DNA of 20,000 nt. It comes from an uncultured virus (IMG/VR IMGVR_UViG_3300023109_000017) (Duplodnaviria > Heunggongvirae > Uroviricota > Caudoviricetes). The notes under the pieces are model-generated. The model was not told the DNA's origin. It saw only the letters and a program-made list of their open reading frames with translations, and ran no database searches. The position numbers and the translations under genes were made by a program. Position 1 is the first letter of the stretch. Each line of letters begins with the position of its first letter. This document shows, piece after piece, positions 17,711 to 20,000 of this stretch. The DNA is taken from the IMG/VR virus record IMGVR_UViG_3300023109_000017. One strand, 5' to 3'.

Positions 17711-20000
17711 TGCCAAAGCCGAGTAAGAATTTTTTATTTGCTAGATTGGCAAGGTCTCTAACTGTTAGACAAGATAACACTTTAGGATTTAGTGATGACG
17801 TAGATGTGTCTTCATCTGAAGGCGGTGGTTCTGCTGGCGCTACAGATTATAACTTATTAACAAGTTTACCATCTTCCGCTGAAACAGCAGACCTAGCTTA
17901 TGTGGGAGAAAATAAAGGTTTATATCTTTGGGATAGCAGTGCATGGGTAAAGATATCTTCTGCTGTAACTCCTAATACCCCTCCTTACTTTACTACAAAG
18001 CTTCAACCAGGATACACTCTGGCAACTGATGGCACTCCGTTAGTTTTAACATTAAATGCAGTAGACCCTGAAGGTGTGGGATTAACTTATAGTTATACAT
18101 TGACAAAAGGTGATACTAGCAATGCAGTTACAATAACTCAAGCTGCTAATGTATTTACTATTACTCCATCAACAGATACAGCTTATGCTAGAGATTTTGG
18201 ATTAACATTCCATGTTACAGATGGTATCCATACAGTAAATTCTTCAGAAGTGTATTTTAGTTTACATTTTAGTTATGATTACCTTTATAATACTGTTAAT
18301 ACTACCACTAGACCTGAGGTTTTTAGTATAACTAATCCTGGAGCTAAATCGCATTTTGGCTCTTCTTTAAAATTTATCGGGCCTAATGAGTTATTAGTAG
18401 GTGCACCAAATGTAGATGCTAGAAATTCACAGGGTGGAGGAGTATATATTTATGATACTTCCGGAGCTTCTCCTTCATTAACTTGTTTTTCAGAGCCTCC
18501 AAATAACTCGACTTGGGCCGCGAACCATGGAGTTTGTTATAGCTGTGATGGAGATTGGTTAGTACTGGGCACAGAGGAATCGTACTCAAACAGCAATGCT
18601 AGGTTAATTTTCTATAAACGGGATGCTGATGGTACTTGGCCAGTTACTACCGGTCAAATGACTGTTTACCAATATTTAAGAACTGCAAATATGGGGGCAG
18701 AAACTATTTTTGCTGTTGATCTAGACGCTAATAATGGTAAATGTGCTTGTATAACTGGCAGAGATGATGACCTTGTTATTTTAAAGTATAATACAGCTTC
18801 CAATTTATGGGAAGAAGAGCAGAGTTTTACTGCGGTGCTGGATACTTTTGATGTTACTATATTGGGAGATTATGTAGTAACAGTGAATAATAGCACAAGC
18901 ACTTGCTCATTATTTCACTATGACGTAAACAGTGACTCTTGGAACCTTGAGCAGTATTTAAATATAAACGATGAGACCCAATTCTATTCAAGAAGAACAG
19001 GAAGTATAAATTTAATTCAACACGGTTCTGATCTATGGTTATATTATAAAGGAGTTGGTGATCAAGCTTATCCAGCCCAATCCTATAGAAGCGTCATGAT
19101 AAAAATTAATACTTCAACTCACCGTTTTGATACATCTGAGAGATACGGACAGAGTGGTATAAGAACAGACGCCAGCAATCTAGAAATTGATACTTCTAAC
19201 GGTAGAGGTGGCAAGGGGCGGCACGACTATACCGACTGGCACGTATCAGATAATAAGCTACATGTGATGGAAGGTTATATTGATCTTTCCCCAGAAAGAA
19301 TAGGTTATCGATACTTTGATTTTACTACCAAAGTGTGGAATACATCTATTGAAACACTAGTAGGTACTCTGTCTCCTTCTTTAACTGCCAGCCTTACTCG
19401 TTGGGGAACTTCTGTAACTATGGATCCATATACTGGTAGATTTGCAGTGGCTGATTCATTCACCAACAGTAATTCTGGCCTAATAACTGTTTATGAACAT
19501 GAAGTTATATTAACAGACCCCGTACCTCAAGCAGATGTTACTCATTGGTTAAACGGTAATGCTACAGCTTTTGATACGTTATACGGTAATGCAAATACTG
19601 AACAGTATTATTTTGGCGCCGGTCTTGCATGGCTAAAATCAGATGAACTTTTTGTAACCGCTCCAGGTCAATCTACAACAACTAAAGATGGAGGAATATA
19701 CATTTATGATACTTCAGGTAGCTCTGCTTCATTACTTTACAAATATGAAAATCCAGATCATCTTGGTCATGGGCTAGGATGCACCTTTGCATTCAACGAT
19801 GATTGGCTGCTAATTGGCACTGATGAACAAGGCACCGGTGCTACTCCTTATTTGTATATATTTAAACGAGACTCTAACGGCGATTGGGAAAATGATGGTA
19901 GCGGAAATCTAACTCCTCACCAAACTATTAATCCCTCAGTAGACCAGACAGAGTTTGTAGATTATGTAGGTCCTATATCTATTAACCCTCAAAGTACATA
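17710..20000 (+). CDS. Large putative virion adhesin, 3'-truncated: short N-terminal anchor, cadherin/Ig-like domain, duplicated FG-GAP-like beta-propeller
   Basis: Not in the ORF track (no stop in window). Manual translation from ATG 17710 (TAATG overlap with portal stop) is open for 763 codons: MPKPSKNFLFARLAR..LAYVGENKGLYLWDSSAWVKI..NTPPYF..AVDPEG..LTFHVTDG..FGSSLKFIGPNELLVGAP..GGVYIYDTSG. Confidence 0.8.
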   Translation, partial: MPKPSKNFLFARLARSLTVRQDNTLGFSDDVDVSSSEGGGSAGATDYNLLTSLPSSAETADLAYVGENKGLYLWDSSAWVKISSAVTPNTPPYFTTKLQPGYTLATDGTPLVLTLNAVDPEGVGLTYSYTLTKGDTSNAVTITQAANVFTITPSTDTAYARDFGLTFHVTDGIHTVNSSEVYFSLHFSYDYLYNTVNTTTRPEVFSITNPGAKSHFGSSLKFIGPNELLVGAPNVDARNSQGGGVYIYDTSGASPSLTCFSEPPNNSTWAANHGVCYSCDGDWLVLGTEESYSNSNARLIFYKRDADGTWPVTTGQMTVYQYLRTANMGAETIFAVDLDANNGKCACITGRDDDLVILKYNTASNLWEEEQSFTAVLDTFDVTILGDYVVTVNNSTSTCSLFHYDVNSDSWNLEQYLNINDETQFYSRRTGSINLIQHGSDLWLYYKGVGDQAYPAQSYRSVMIKINTSTHRFDTSERYGQSGIRTDASNLEIDTSNGRGGKGRHDYTDWHVSDNKLHVMEGYIDLSPERIGYRYFDFTTKVWNTSIETLVGTLSPSLTASLTRWGTSVTMDPYTGRFAVADSFTNSNSGLITVYEHEVILTDPVPQADVTHWLNGNATAFDTLYGNANTEQYYFGAGLAWLKSDELFVTAPGQSTTTKDGGIYIYDTSGSSASLLYKYENPDHLGHGLGCTFAFNDDWLLIGTDEQGTGATPYLYIFKRDSNGDWENDGSGNLTPHQTINPSVDQTEFVDYVGPISINPQST

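Noticed and set aside
1007..17780. Short alternative-frame and minus-strand ORFs (1007-1198, 2503-2691, 12493-12783, 12771-12986, 13181-13432, 14587-14778, 15153-15365, 15199-15495, 16178-16411, 17059-17259, 17580-17780)
   Set aside because: All overlap well-supported + strand genes and show no recognisable motifs; treated as shadow ORFs.
1..20000. Stop-codon reassignment
   Set aside because: Core genes translate full-length in the standard code and end with TAA, TGA and TAG (gp13).

Overview
AT-rich, densely coding window, all real genes on the + strand. It is the late (virion morphogenesis) region of a T4-like myovirus; the protein style suggests an environmental, probably marine, phage. 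The core block is in canonical T4 order: gp13 and gp14 neck, gp15 tail terminator, gp16/gp17 terminase, gp18 sheath, gp19 tube, gp20 portal, with T4 late promoters (TATAAATA) before gp13, gp18 and gp20. Around and inside this block is a large set of putative adhesin/decoration genes: a fibre-like repeat protein and small partner, two >1000-aa proteins built from ~52-aa 'DGTK...LSTAWD' beta-propeller blades, a DS-repeat protein ending in a cupredoxin-like Cys/His/Met motif between gp15 and gp16, and a >763-aa cadherin-like plus FG-GAP propeller ORF (missing from the ORF track) coupled to the portal gene. Smaller signals are an in-frame 17-codon gene relic between the two propeller genes and a promoter-hairpin-AGGAACGAACA leader shared by gp18 and gp20. 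No RNA genes, CRISPR arrays, inteins or mobile elements were seen. Family assignments come from motif recognition and synteny, not database searches.
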